DNA of 64,000 nucleotides. It comes from Daphnia carinata. Its lineage: Eukaryota. Position numbers and translations under genes: made by a program. The notes beneath the pieces were generated by a model. It was not told the origin of the DNA. It saw nothing but the letters and a program-made list of their open reading frames with translations, and did no database searches. Shown one piece after another: positions 15,290 to 32,412 of the stretch (within the stretch, counting starts at the first letter, position 1; each line of letters begins with the position of its first letter). Where the stretch lies: NCBI RefSeq assembly GCF_022539665.2, contig NC_081331.1, forward strand, positions 3,286,001 to 3,350,000, read 5' to 3'.

Positions 15290-16800
15290 AAAGAAATCAT
15301 CATCCGTAAAATTCGTCAGCAGTTAGAGCCGACTCAACTGGCAAAACACGAGAAATCTTAGTTAGAAGTAATGAGGAGGAATCTTTGAAAAGCTGGAACT
15401 CACTTTGACAAAAGTAACATTAGAGGGTTAAACCACAACTTTCCTTTAAAAATCTGTTGTTAGAAGAAAGAACGTACCGAGTTCGTAAATCGATTTGCAT
15501 GTCCATCATTCAAATATTTCGACGTCAGTATCGGAGCATTCCATTCAATCCATTACTTCGCCAAGTTTAAACATAATCCTTCAGCATTTAAGTTACAATT
15601 TTTTCTCTGCCAGATCAAAAATGATCCAAAACAAAAAAGTAAATGACTCGTTTTCAATAGGTTTATCAAAGTTTACTATTGTTTTCCCTGTATGGCAATT
15701 CTATCGTGTTATTTACGAAACCTGTCGTAATCTTTATTACTTTGATCTACTAGTTGATATCGTTAAGAAAAGATTGGGGGGATTTACGCTGTGTTGCACC
15801 ATTTCACATTTCCAAAATTGGAATTGTTCAGATCCCAAAAACTTTTGGAAGGAAAGTAGAAACGATTGGCTATGTTGTTTTGCTAAAATAAACGTCATGG
15901 CGATGTTTAGAACAACAAGAGCAAATCTTCCTCATTCTAGAGCTATGGCGACAAAGTACATGATATTGCTATGAAACACTAACCTGATTTTGAAGTGAAA
16001 GCGATTTGACGATAATGTCTTTCAACATTCTTGCAATCCATCTACGTCGAACAGTAAATTGATATGGAAGAAGCAAACAGTTGGAAAAGTTATTACGCAC
16101 TAGTTTAATCTTTCAAAGAGTTAGAAACATTGCTAAAAAACGTGATCACGAGATTAATTTCTGCTGGTGAAATGCAGTCGTCTGCAAAAGTATCTTTCAA
16201 AGTTGCTTTTTTCGCTGTTCTTTTACCTTACCTTGTCTATTACCATTTTAGCACTATTGTGAGTTCGCGCCAAAAAATCTTGTTTTGTTAGGCCGATTCG
16301 GTATAATGATAGACAGAGCACGAAGAAAAAAACCACAATTTATAAAAGAAAATAGGTTCAACTGGTTCCACATTTGTTGCAAAATGTTAGATATCAAAGT
16401 GTTTGTCTTTTATGTTTATCTCCTATCCAAGATACGTTATCATCAAGATCGAAAAACAAGTCAGAAAGTCAAACCTCATCAGGCTCTTGAATCGCAATCG
16501 TTACCGATAAGTCTAATAGCAATGGATTGACTTATTCTAACTGGCATTCTCAAAACCGAACCGTTCAAGCAACAACTGCAATTCTGAAATAACAATCTCA
16601 GTCTTATGGAATATGGAGGTCGAACTTGATTTATTGTTTTTTTGGAGCAGTTTGAAGGCATTCGGTGATATACGACAAGGAATTTTCTTTCAGCTAAGTA
16701 TTAGGCTGGGTCAGGAAAATATTCAATGAAATGTGGTATCGAAGGCAGTGTATTTCTCTCTGATACGTTTTGTTTTGAAAAATCGTGGGTGTGAAACTTG
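15290..16800 (-). pseudogene. Possible decayed coding relic (unidentified gene or transposon fragment)
   Basis: Largely lacks the long homopolymers of the flanks. Minus-strand frames give protein-like segments broken by stops (e.g. EIVISELQLLLERFGFENAS*, YQLVDQSNKDYDRFRK*). No family recognised. Confidence 0.2.
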
Positions 16801-17305
16801 TGGGAGTTGGAATATGTACCATAATGATTCCGCAAGACATAAAAATAAATGAAAAATAAAGAAATATTCGCCTTTAAGGCAGAACACATCCATTCACTAC
16901 GCAATTTAAAAAACATTCATCAAAAAATGAAAACGATAAAAAAAAAATCTGCTTTTCTTCTTTAAGATGATTTTTTTTAAGAAATAAGTTTTTGCGTTTT
17001 CTTTCGCACAAGGAAATGACATTAGAGAGCAAATGTGCATCAACGTAGTCAGTTAACCCGTTTGTTTCCCCTTTAAGTAAGCCAAACATTGCCACTTATT
17101 TGCATTCGTGCACCAAATTATGCATTAAGGAAACCAATAAAAAAAAAAAAAAAAAAAAAGGGGGAAATAATGATGTGTATAGTTGCGCCGGAATTCTTTA
17201 CCAACATCTTAGTTTCACCAGGAGGGCTTTCCACTACCTCACACCATTGGTCTCCACATAAAACCTTTTTTTTTAACAATTGGAAATGTGATTTGCTTTG
17301 CATTC

Positions 17306-19567
17306 CTAATAAAATTTCTTGGCCTGAGCCTCCTTTGTATCCCTGCAAAGGATGAAAATGAATTACTTTTAGTAACCAACCAGATATGATTAAGAATTTA
17401 AATTCAAACCTGTAAATGAAATAACCAATCATAATGACCATCTGAATGACCATAAAGACTGCGAAAATGGTAGTGGTGACACAAGGTTGATTGGTAGGAC
17501 AAGCAGTGACCGGTTGCGCGGCCAAGCGTTGGGCCGTCACACTAATATCTCGTTTAATCATGTTAAGACCTTCCTTGACTTCATTCAAACTGTTTTGGAC
17601 GTGATCGTAGCCGAGGGGTTGCGCAGAACCCCCCACCTGTTTGCCCTGATTTTGAACGATGGTTGCAGTACGTTGGTGAATTTCGGTAACATAAGCTCTA
17701 AACAAAACAGTAACACGGTTAGCGAACCCACTAGAAAACAATCCAAATTTTTACTTTACTTTATTTCTCGAGCTGCTCCAACAATTTCACGCTGATTAGC
17801 TAAAGCTGTTTCAACTTCGTGACGACGAATCGTATCTACGCCTGGAATTGGTCCCGTTCCACCCGTTTGCACGGCTCCTGCTACTGTAGGAAATAAATTT
17901 TGCCCATTATTTTCATTTGTGTTCGTGACCAAAACGATATGACAGAAGGCGCGTGTTGAAAATGAAAATAAACCTTGGTTAGTTTGAATAGCTGACATTA
18001 GGCTAAGCGTGCGCTCTTGGCGGCCCACAAGGTCATCCATCTTGCGCTGAATGTCACGTAAGGCGTCAAACATTTTGCTTTGACCAGAAAAGATCTGACC
18101 CAGTTCACGTTGACTATCAGTTTCAAACCATTCCTCTGGATTTTCCATTTTGCCAGTGTCGGCTTCGTCTGGGTGAGCCTGTCGGTATCTTAATGTCACG
18201 GAAAATCACTTAAAATTAGAAGACAAGCAGAAAGTCAAGCAAGACAAAGGAATGCTTACTCGTCTTTTTGTTTCTGTAGCTTATCTTGATACTCCTCGTA
18301 TTCCTTTGAGAGCTTAGCACGTTCATCTTCGGCTATATGAACCCCATCTGTGGAGGCGGCATCAGGACTTTGCAAACTGTAAGTAAGGAACTTCAGCGCA
18401 TCGTGATCATCTGTTTAAGAATATTCTGTTTTTAACGAAACACTTTTACAACATTGTTGCTGGATTATTACCGGCAAGTCCTCCGGTGGCAGCTGTGACA
18501 CCAAAGTAACCATGCCTTGGCAAAACAACATTTTCTACCCTGAAGCACATTTCATAATCTTGCTCGTTGTTGGACATTCCGTTGTGAAACATTACCTGCA
18601 TTTAAACCGATGTTCAGAAAAACTGTGCCAAGGTTACGTAAAACGAAAGCAGTTATTCATACCGAAAGAGTGTTTTGGTAATACTCGATCTTGGCTCGTA
18701 CAGGGAATGGTTTGTTACGGAAATCTCTCAAACATCCAGCGAGTTGCTGTGTGGAACCATCCCTATAAATTATAATTAGAAAATTGTATTAACATTACGA
18801 TCATAGTGGAAATAGCAACAAAACTTCTTACAATTGGTGTGCATAGCTTTGTGTACCATCATTTGTCATTGCCATGATGAAGGGATTGTTGTGTTTGTTG
18901 TCATTATCAAATGAATCAAAGAACAAACCAAGACCATTCCACTGATCATTGGAGCCAAACACAGGCCCCTCAACACCTTTGCTTTCAGTGTACCATAATG
19001 CCTACAAAAACAATTATGTAGTTCAATACAGAAAGTAAAGGGAGGAAAGGCAACCAAAACAGGGGAAGTTATTTAGAAACTAAGTAATAATAAACATACC
19101 AAGCCATCAGCTCCTATTCTGCCCCTGCCAGTTACCCTGAATACAAGTTCAACCTCCCACCAATCGAAATCAGTTGGTGTTCTAGTCCAAATTTGACCTA
19201 AATTTAGATTATAGGCATTTAACATAAGTTTAATGTGAATTGGGTTTACTGTTTTCATCTTCGTACCTTTCTGACTTCTAAGAGATGGTGTGATTCTGAC
19301 CATTTCCTCATTGGCAATTGCATCTATAAACATTTGCAAATAAATAAGTTATTAATATGTGAAAGACAATTGATGTCGGTAAAATAACCTGGTCTTACTT
19401 CCAGTGTATCCCCAAAACGGAACACTTCCATCTTTTTGCGCCAAGTAAGGCGGCTTAAAACTGTATTTGTATTGGAAGCTCCGAAAAGGATTTTGAGCGT
19501 TGATACAGTTGAATAAAAATATGACTGCTAAACCAACAAATAATCTCCACCTGGCCGGCAGTGCCAT
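17306..19567 (-). CDS. LMAN1: ERGIC-53 / lectin mannose-binding 1 (multi-exon)
   Basis: Signal peptide, then FQYKYSFKPPYL, RITPSLRSQKG, FRVTGRGRIGADGL (L-type lectin domain), a coiled-coil stalk and a TM helix. The spliced last exon (17342-17306) ends RDTKEAQAKKFY*, the KKFF-type sorting signal. Confidence 0.95.
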
Positions 19568-20055
19568 GTTGGAACTCGGTGAGATCCCCTTAGACTTCGG
19601 GATCAGCCGAAAAGATACTTCGAAATGACAGGTACCAGACTCAGAATCTGTGACAGAGGGAAAAATGTCTAACCGACGTCTTGGCCCTTTCTTAAGAGTG
19701 GAAGTTCTTTTAAGACGAGAATGAAGCAAGGTTTGAAATATTTGATTTGAAAAATAAAATTTGAACTTTATTTGAATTTCTAAATGGATTTGCGGTTTCT
19801 TTTGATGTAAAACAGAAATAATTAGATTTAACTGTTTGCGCGCTGCTTCAAGAAGTAGGGAAGTTTTTCCTTGTTCTGTCGTTTTCTGGCTATTATACGG
19901 ATGACGTGTGATTTTGAATACCGCGATTTCCGTTGTCTGGCAACGCCTTCTTGTTTTTTAAATTTTCCTTAAACATTTAAAAAGAAGTGTATCCCATTCA
20001 AAGTTGAAATTCGACAGATAAGAGTTGTCATTCAGTTGTTACAGGCCTTATTGAC
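19568..20055. promoter_or_regulatory. Bidirectional promoter between LMAN1 and the progranulin gene
   Basis: Head-to-head ATGs 488 bp apart. Contains TGACGTGT at 19902-19909 (CRE/UPRE-like) and a kB-like GGGAAGTTTTTCC at ~19858. Confidence 0.55.
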
Positions 20056-20914
20056 ATGGGGAGAAAACTAGGACTTTTGCTGTCTTGCTGCATAGCCGTG
20101 ATTTTTACGGTGACCGTACAGTCATACGATAAAGAATTTATCCTAACCAATACTATGAACGGATGGGAACATACGAGCATGGATTTCTTAAGCAATAGAC
20201 TTGTGTGCCCAGGTTGAAATCTTGTTGATATGTGTTGTCAGTATTTTCAAATGTATAATTTGTTACTAAAAGATTATGCATTTTGTAGGAGACAACAACC
20301 AAACCTGTGCAGATGGGTATACCTGCTGCATGAGCCCTTCAGGTGATTATGCTTGTTGTCCACATGAAAATGCAGTATGTTGTGCAGATCACATCCATTG
20401 TTGTCCCAAGGGCTCTTCATGTGATACTGGCAGATGCAAAAAAGTATGACATGTCTTTAAATAACCCAGTAGCAATTTTCATAAGACATTTTAAGAGGAA
20501 CTGCTTTATTCATTTGTAAAATACCTTCTGGTTCCAGGATGTTTCATCTTCAAACTCAGTGGAATTCATAACAAACATAATTCAGCAAACAAAACGTTCC
20601 ATTTGTCCAGGAGATGAGTTTCGATGCCCCTTGGAAACAACTTGCTGCAAGCTCTCTGGCGGAAAGCTGTATGGATGTTGCCCCTTTGAAGAGGTGTGTA
20701 TGTAGTTTTTTTGTTTTGTTTTATTCTTAATTCCTAATATGTGAAAACTTGCAATCATTGTTTCTTTAAACATATCTTATAAATTAATGAAACCAAGGCT
20801 TTGTGCTGTCCCGATGAACTTCACTGCTGTCCAAAAGGATTTGAATGTAGCACTGATGCTACTTGTATCCGTAGCAATTCTACTATGCCATTTTCAAATG
20901 ATGATCTGAACTGA
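20056..20914 (+). CDS. GRN: Short progranulin-like protein with two granulin modules (194 aa; exons 20056-20212, 20289-20443, 20538-20693, 20798-20914)
   Basis: Manual splicing at GT-AG sites gives a signal peptide plus two 12-Cys modules: [44 protein letters not shown] and [44 protein letters not shown]. Confidence 0.92.
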
Positions 20915-21181
20915 AGCTGTTAAACAAAACCACATACTCAAGAACATATTTATGCATTTAAATTCACAATGTATTATTTCGACACTAGAATAAATCAATC
21001 ATCAAATGACACCAGCTTTCTCAACAACTTTCTTGAGAGTTGAAAATAAACATGAAGCGCTGACTAGGACGGTACCGGTCATAGCCAATAGCTTTTGGTA
21101 CTTTTGTCTTGGCACTGCATGTAATGTACAACACCAACAAAAATGGACGTAAATAGGAGGAAGGCGACCAGGTGTGCTTTA

Positions 21182-26377
<5,196 letters not shown>

Positions 26378-27646
26378 TTCCTGTTGAAATGTGGTAATTC
26401 AAGGAAATTATTTAGAAATGACCCCTTTAGCAACGTGCGTAAATTCCATTCACGTTACGAACAATATTGCTAAAACACCGATGTTAGAAAGTGGCCAGGA
26501 ATTTTTCCTTAAATGGTAATTCTACACATCCTAAAGGTGTAACACTCCATCTTCGTTTGTGTCAACTTTTTTTTTTTGAATTTTTCTTTTGTTTACCCAT
26601 GAAGATTCAACTCTTTTGTAGATAAATAAAAGCAAGCGAAATTTATCGTGGTTTTTATGAATGTTATGGAATGCCTTTCAATGATATTAATAGTTGATTT
26701 ACAAGGTGTGACGAAAGTTGATTATTAAAAGTGACGTGACAAAATTTACGACGCTACTGACTACAACAGGAATAGATAAGATAATTTTTCTGATTAAAAA
26801 ATGTTGGGATAGGTTTTGCGGTTTATTATTTTCTGGTTTGAACACTTGTGTTACTCCCTTATTTTCAAAGCTTTTAACGAAAGTAATGGTGGAGAGGGCG
26901 AGGGTATGCAGAAGGGGGAGGATCCCGAAATGGGATTTGATGTTAAAACGCTTAGATTTACGTCAAGGAAAAACAACTCTGAATTACAATAGGAAAATAA
27001 AGACCAAAACGTAACGAGATTGTTAAACGATATCTTGCTTGAGCTACTGGAAAGCTGGTTATTGTAAGGTATATGTTTCTATTGAACTTACACAAGGGCG
27101 TCTCGGCACACCCTGTTGCGATTTTTGACACGAACTTGAAATATCGATTGTTGACAGCTGCTAGGCTCGTTTAAACAGAGAATTGGCTAAACGTATCACG
27201 ACATTGGAATTAAACAAAACACAAATACTGAGCACAAAGTATAATAGAAAAATAACTGTCGGGTAAGAAACACTCAGAAATCACATTCAGATGCCAAACG
27301 TTAACTGACGAAAGAGTCATCTGGCGGAGAGCCATGAGTCAACTCAGCTCATTTGCATTTACTTTTTTCTTTTTATTATTTTTTTTTAAACCTAATAAAT
27401 CTCAATGTATTTTCTTTTTCGATTTTTTTTTATATTTTGTAAAAATAACACTAAAATTTAATAATTATTGGGAGGTGACGCAAACGGTCGGCAATCTTGC
27501 CCACGGTTCTTTGTAGCTAACTACAAGCAGACTAGTTTAATTGTAAGCAAACGTGAATCAAATAAAAAACTTACCGTGTCATATTCTAAGAGGAAACAGG
27601 TTAGATACTAAACTTTACCATATTGTTACCTTAACTTTACCTAAAT

Positions 27647-30600
27647 ATGGGTTATTGCCATTTGCTTAACTCGGTAAACCGTCTCAAAGTCCCAGCAAAT
27701 CGAATATTGAAATGTTTTAGCTCAAACAAGCGGACCGTCTCTTCCGTTTTGACTAGCACAAATGAAGCCAAAGTCAATGTTGGAATCACTGATTTATCTG
27801 TTGGTTCGGAATATGAAGGTTTTCAAGTCAAATCTATACAAGAAGTACAAGATCTTGCACTGACTGTAGTAAGACTTTCTCATTTGAAGACTGGAGCAGA
27901 TTACCTCCACCTTGCTAGAGAAGATGCCAACAATGTTTTCTGTGTTGGTTTCCGCACTGTTCCTAAAGATTCAACAGGAGTGTCACATATTCTTGAACAC
28001 ACTGTTCTGTGTGGAAGCAAACAGTATCCAGCACGAGATCCATTCTTCAAGATGCTCAACAGATCTCTATCAACATTCATGAATGCCATGACAGGGCCCG
28101 ATTACACAATCTATCCATTTTCAAGTCAAAACTCAAAGGATTTCAAAAACCTTTTGTCTGTCTACTTGGATGCAGTCTTTTACCCTCATCTTAGAGAACT
28201 GGATTTCCTTCAGGAAGGTTGGAGACTTGAACATGAGAACCCATTATCCCAAGATACTCCTCTCCAGTTTAAGGGAGTTGTATTTAATGAGATGAAGGGT
28301 GCTTTTTCTGATCCATCATATGGATTGAATCAACAGCTTGTAAGGAATCTCCTACCAAGCCACACCTATGGAAATTGCTCTGGAGGTGATCCTCTCAAAA
28401 TCTTGGATTTAACATGGCAGCAATTAAAAGATTTTCATGCAAAACATTACCACCCGAGCAACTCTAGGTTTTACACTTATGGTAACATGCCTCTGAGAGA
28501 CCATTTGCAATTCATCAATCAAAACTATTTGAAAAGCTTTGAGCGAATCTCACCCAGCGAAGAAGTTCCAAACGAGAAACGTTGGGTCCAACCTCGACAA
28601 ATCAGTGTCGATGCACGAGAAGATCCGTTCGCACCGAACCCCGAGAAACAAGCCTCAGCTGTTGTTAGTTATGCTCTCGCAGATATCAACGATCTGTACG
28701 AGACTTTCGTGTTGCAAATTTTAAGTGAACTTCTCACTGGAGGACCTAACTCACCGTTTTATCGCAATTTGCTTGAGCCGAATATCGGTACAGGTTACTC
28801 ACCCGTCACCGGATTTGATAGCCATACCAAAGACACCACTTTTACTATTGGATTGCAGGGGGTTCACAGCCAAGATGTGGAAAAAGTTTTGGGGATTATC
28901 CGCTCTACGTTTGAAGAAGCTGCCAGAGATGGCTTTCCGGCTGAACGAATTGAAGCAGTCCTCCATTCCATCGAATTGGCCGTGAAGCACCAAACATCCA
29001 GTTTTGGTCTTTCGATGGCTATGAATCTGACACCGCTTTGGAACCATGGAAGTGATCCTGTAGAAGCGTTGTATATCAACGCAAAAGTGGAAAAATTCCG
29101 TCAAAACTTGCGTGACAATCCCGACTATTTGAAGAACAAAGTCCGCCAGTATTTCGTCGATAACACGCATAAGCTAGTAGCAGTTATGCAACCGGACAAG
29201 GACTTTGAAATGAAATTGGAACAACAAGAAAAAGCCATACTTGATGCCAAATGTCGGTCCTTGACCGATAAAGACAAGGCTTCCATTTTCGCCAAAAATC
29301 AAGAGCTTCTTGCCATGCAAAGCAAAGTAAATGACACCGAATGTTTACCAACACTCCATCTCAGCGATATTTCCAACCAAGCGGAACAAGTGCAGTTGGA
29401 CAACGTGAAAATACTTGGAGTTCCTCTTCAAGTAGCTGTGCAGCCAACTAACGGCATAACGTACTTTCATGGCGTGTTAAACACGGCAGACTTGCCGGAG
29501 AAGCTGAAAATTCATTTGCCTTTGTTCGCTATGGCTGCCACAAAAATGGGTGCGGGAGATATGGATTACCGTCAGCTGGATCAACAGATCGAACATAAAA
29601 CTGGCGGACTCTGTTTCGGCATGTACCTAACCGAAGGTCCTGGTTCCATCCGCTCTTTTGAACAGGGAATTCAATTTTCGTCCCACTGCCTAGATCGAAA
29701 TCTTCCCGACATGTTTCAGTTATGGCAATCCGTTTTCAACCGACTTCGCCTAGTAGACGAGGATCGACTGGAGACGCTCATTCGAAATTTAGTAGGCGAC
29801 TTGGGTAATAGTCTTACCCACTCTGGACATCACTACGCCATGACTCACGCTGCATCGTGCCTCACGCCAACAGCCCACCTCAAAGAGTCGGACGAAGGAG
29901 TGACTTACATCAGGAGGGTGAAAGCCATAGCTGAAACCAATCAGTTTGAACCGCTGCTTGAATGTATGCGTGACATTGCCAGTCATTTACTAGTTAAAAA
30001 CAATATGAGATGTGCTCTGAATGTTACGTCCGATTCACGAGAAGAGGCTATTAAACAATTGGAAGGATTTGTGTCTTCAGTCAAGGGATCACCTGTCGAC
30101 CAAGATGTGTGGACCATTGATAATGAATTCCAACCCATTATTCAGCGCAGCCATTACGTTTTACCGGTTCCTGTCAACTTTACTTCAAAAGTGTTACCTG
30201 GTGCTTCTTACTTATCGCCGGATTACGCTCCGCTTCGAGTACTAGCCGGCATCATGTCAGCCAAGTTCTTGCATCCTGAAGTTCGAGAGAAAGGTGGAGC
30301 TTACGGTGGCGGAGCCAGTGCTTCAGCAGCGGGACTCTTTTCATTCTACTCGTATCGCGATCCCAAATCACTAGAAACTATTGAGACCTTTGATCGAGCT
30401 GTTGAATGGGCTCTCAAAGCTGACTACAACGACGAAGCGATCAAAGAAGCTAAACTTCGAGTCTTCCAGAAGATCGATGCTCCAACTCCGCCATCTGGTA
30501 AAGGCATGCGCCTTTTCCTCAGCCATATCACTGACGAGCAATTTGCTGCCCATCGTCAACAATTGGTTAATGTAACTAAAGATGACCTGGTCCGAGTTTG

Positions 30601-30703
30601 CCAAGAGTATCTCCGTCAACCAGCCGTCCATGGTGTCACCATAATCGGCCCACCCAACGACACAACAGCAAGAGATCCCTCGTGGAACGTGGAATTCTCT
30701 TAG
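27647..30703 (+). CDS. PITRM1: Presequence protease, mitochondrial (M16C), single uninterrupted ORF of 1018 aa
   Basis: Inverted zinc motif HILEH, RDPFFKMLNRSLSTFMNAMT, GVVFNEMKG, REKGGAYGGGA and YSYRDP; basic, acid-free N-terminus resembling a mitochondrial targeting peptide. Confidence 0.96.
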   Translation: MGYCHLLNSVNRLKVPANRILKCFSSNKRTVSSVLTSTNEAKVNVGITDLSVGSEYEGFQVKSIQEVQDLALTVVRLSHLKTGADYLHLAREDANNVFCVGFRTVPKDSTGVSHILEHTVLCGSKQYPARDPFFKMLNRSLSTFMNAMTGPDYTIYPFSSQNSKDFKNLLSVYLDAVFYPHLRELDFLQEGWRLEHENPLSQDTPLQFKGVVFNEMKGAFSDPSYGLNQQLVRNLLPSHTYGNCSGGDPLKILDLTWQQLKDFHAKHYHPSNSRFYTYGNMPLRDHLQFINQNYLKSFERISPSEEVPNEKRWVQPRQISVDAREDPFAPNPEKQASAVVSYALADINDLYETFVLQILSELLTGGPNSPFYRNLLEPNIGTGYSPVTGFDSHTKDTTFTIGLQGVHSQDVEKVLGIIRSTFEEAARDGFPAERIEAVLHSIELAVKHQTSSFGLSMAMNLTPLWNHGSDPVEALYINAKVEKFRQNLRDNPDYLKNKVRQYFVDNTHKLVAVMQPDKDFEMKLEQQEKAILDAKCRSLTDKDKASIFAKNQELLAMQSKVNDTECLPTLHLSDISNQAEQVQLDNVKILGVPLQVAVQPTNGITYFHGVLNTADLPEKLKIHLPLFAMAATKMGAGDMDYRQLDQQIEHKTGGLCFGMYLTEGPGSIRSFEQGIQFSSHCLDRNLPDMFQLWQSVFNRLRLVDEDRLETLIRNLVGDLGNSLTHSGHHYAMTHAASCLTPTAHLKESDEGVTYIRRVKAIAETNQFEPLLECMRDIASHLLVKNNMRCALNVTSDSREEAIKQLEGFVSSVKGSPVDQDVWTIDNEFQPIIQRSHYVLPVPVNFTSKVLPGASYLSPDYAPLRVLAGIMSAKFLHPEVREKGGAYGGGASASAAGLFSFYSYRDPKSLETIETFDRAVEWALKADYNDEAIKEAKLRVFQKIDAPTPPSGKGMRLFLSHITDEQFAAHRQQLVNVTKDDLVRVCQEYLRQPAVHGVTIIGPPNDTTARDPSWNVEFS

Positions 30704-30855
30704 TTTCTTTATGAAATTTGTTGAATTAGAAAACATATCCTAGTTTTTTGTTTTTGTTTAACAAATATTGTGTTCTTATTCTTGAGAACTGTTCCAAAAT
30801 AAACTCTTGATGTTTGAGCATGACTTTGTTATTCTTTTATTAGGTATCGTTCGTC

Positions 30856-32412
30856 ATGGAATTCTTGAATGGGCAGTTTGAACGAGATGACGTCTATTTT
30901 CGCGAGGCGATGCAGCTTTTGTCAGATTTTAATTGGATCTACAAATCCCGCAATACTGACATTTTAGCCGATGGCATTTTACATTTCATTCCGGACGATT
31001 GGATTCCCATATTACAACTGAATTGCTTTGAAAATATCCAAATGGTCATCAAGGGTGAAATCAATGTAATTTGCTAACTTGTACAAGTACCATCCGAATT
31101 TGCAAAGTAATTTACTCTGAGATCATATCGTTTTGTTCGCATAGCCTTCATGGCCGCTGGATCTTACGAAGTTTGCCGTGAGTTGCTGGCGTCTTTCATT
31201 AAGAATAAACTTGGCTCGAAAAGAAGAAGCCCTTTCAAAATGGAAAAAAGTTAATCCGAAAAAAATACATGAGGTTGTGAATTTCTCTCTACTTATCGGA
31301 GAAAAATGCGCAGAGAAAGACATCAAACATGTTGTTGACATTGGAGCAGGTTTGGTATGTCCAAAAATGGATTTATTTGCATCAAAATGTTGAGGAATTC
31401 GCTCTTCTTACATCGATTTGCAGGGTTATTTGGATAAGGAACTGTCTGATCGTTGCGACCTCCATGTCTTAGGACTGGAACGAGATGCGTATCGAGTTTT
31501 GGCGGCCAGTCAACGTGCAACCGTCGACACACCAGAAAATGTGCCAAATCGATGTCGTGCCATTTTTAAAGAACTGGTAGTAAAATCCGAAGATACTTTA
31601 GAAGACCAAATAGAGTCTGTTATTTCCAACTGGTTCAATGAACTTGAAGCCCAGCACGTGCCATCCCCGCCTCTTTGCATGATTGGTCTACATTCCTGTG
31701 GCGATTTGAGCCCTATCATGATGAAATTATTTATGAACATCAGGCACTTCCATTCTCTCTTACTGGTGTCGTGTTGCTATCATCGAATGGATTGGAAAAA
31801 GGAACCGGTCGATGATAACTTATTTCCTATCAGCAATAGCCTTAAAAGCAATCATTGTGAGCCGGAAGGCATTCAAAATCTCTTCCGTTTGGCCGCTCAG
31901 GAAACGCCAAATCACTGGATACAGCAGAATACTTTGAACTGCCAACGTCAAGCGCAACACACCTTTTACCGATCTCTAGTCCAACTTTACGCTAATCGAG
32001 GTTAGATTTCGTATTTATTCTTTTACGCTCTTGATTGTGTTATTTCATTCTTTCAGAAGGCATTCAGCTGCTAAAACAGCACAGGAAACCAGTCAAAATG
32101 CAAAAAACATCCGTTGGATTTGAAGAGTACGTCGATCAGGCTATCCAAGCGTTCAGTCTACCAGGACAAATAGCAGACCATCGACAGAAACTTTTAGACA
32201 TTTACTATTCAAATGCCCGTCTTTTACCGGCGCTGGAAACTCTTATTGTGTTGCAAGTGCTACTTCAACCGGTTGCTGAAGCGTTGATTCTCGTCGATCG
32301 AGTGGTTTATTTACGCGAGAACGGAATTAATGCTTCACTTCAACAAATATTTGACGATCGCATATCGCCGCGTTGTTTTGTCACCCTAGCAGAGAAATCA
32401 AAATCCTCCTAA
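30856..32412 (+). CDS. METTL25: Methyltransferase-like 25 family protein (4 coding exons)
   Basis: KKIHEV, SAM-binding VVDIGAGLGYL (spliced), GLHSCGDL, SCCYH and C-terminal FDDRISPRCF. Confidence 0.85.

Noticed and set aside
15495..15974. 159-aa plus-strand ORF
   Set aside because: Non-ATG start, no motif and no supporting splice structure.
1..17000. Known conserved arthropod miRNAs
   Set aside because: No mature sequence that I recognise was found by eye; an Rfam or miRBase search would be needed to exclude them.
27647..30703. Bacterial horizontal origin of intronless PITRM1
   Set aside because: Motifs and the targeting-peptide-like N-terminus match the eukaryotic mitochondrial enzyme.
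27901..30736. Antisense and alternate-frame ORFs overlapping PITRM1 and other genes
   Set aside because: Shadows of real coding sequence with no independent evidence.
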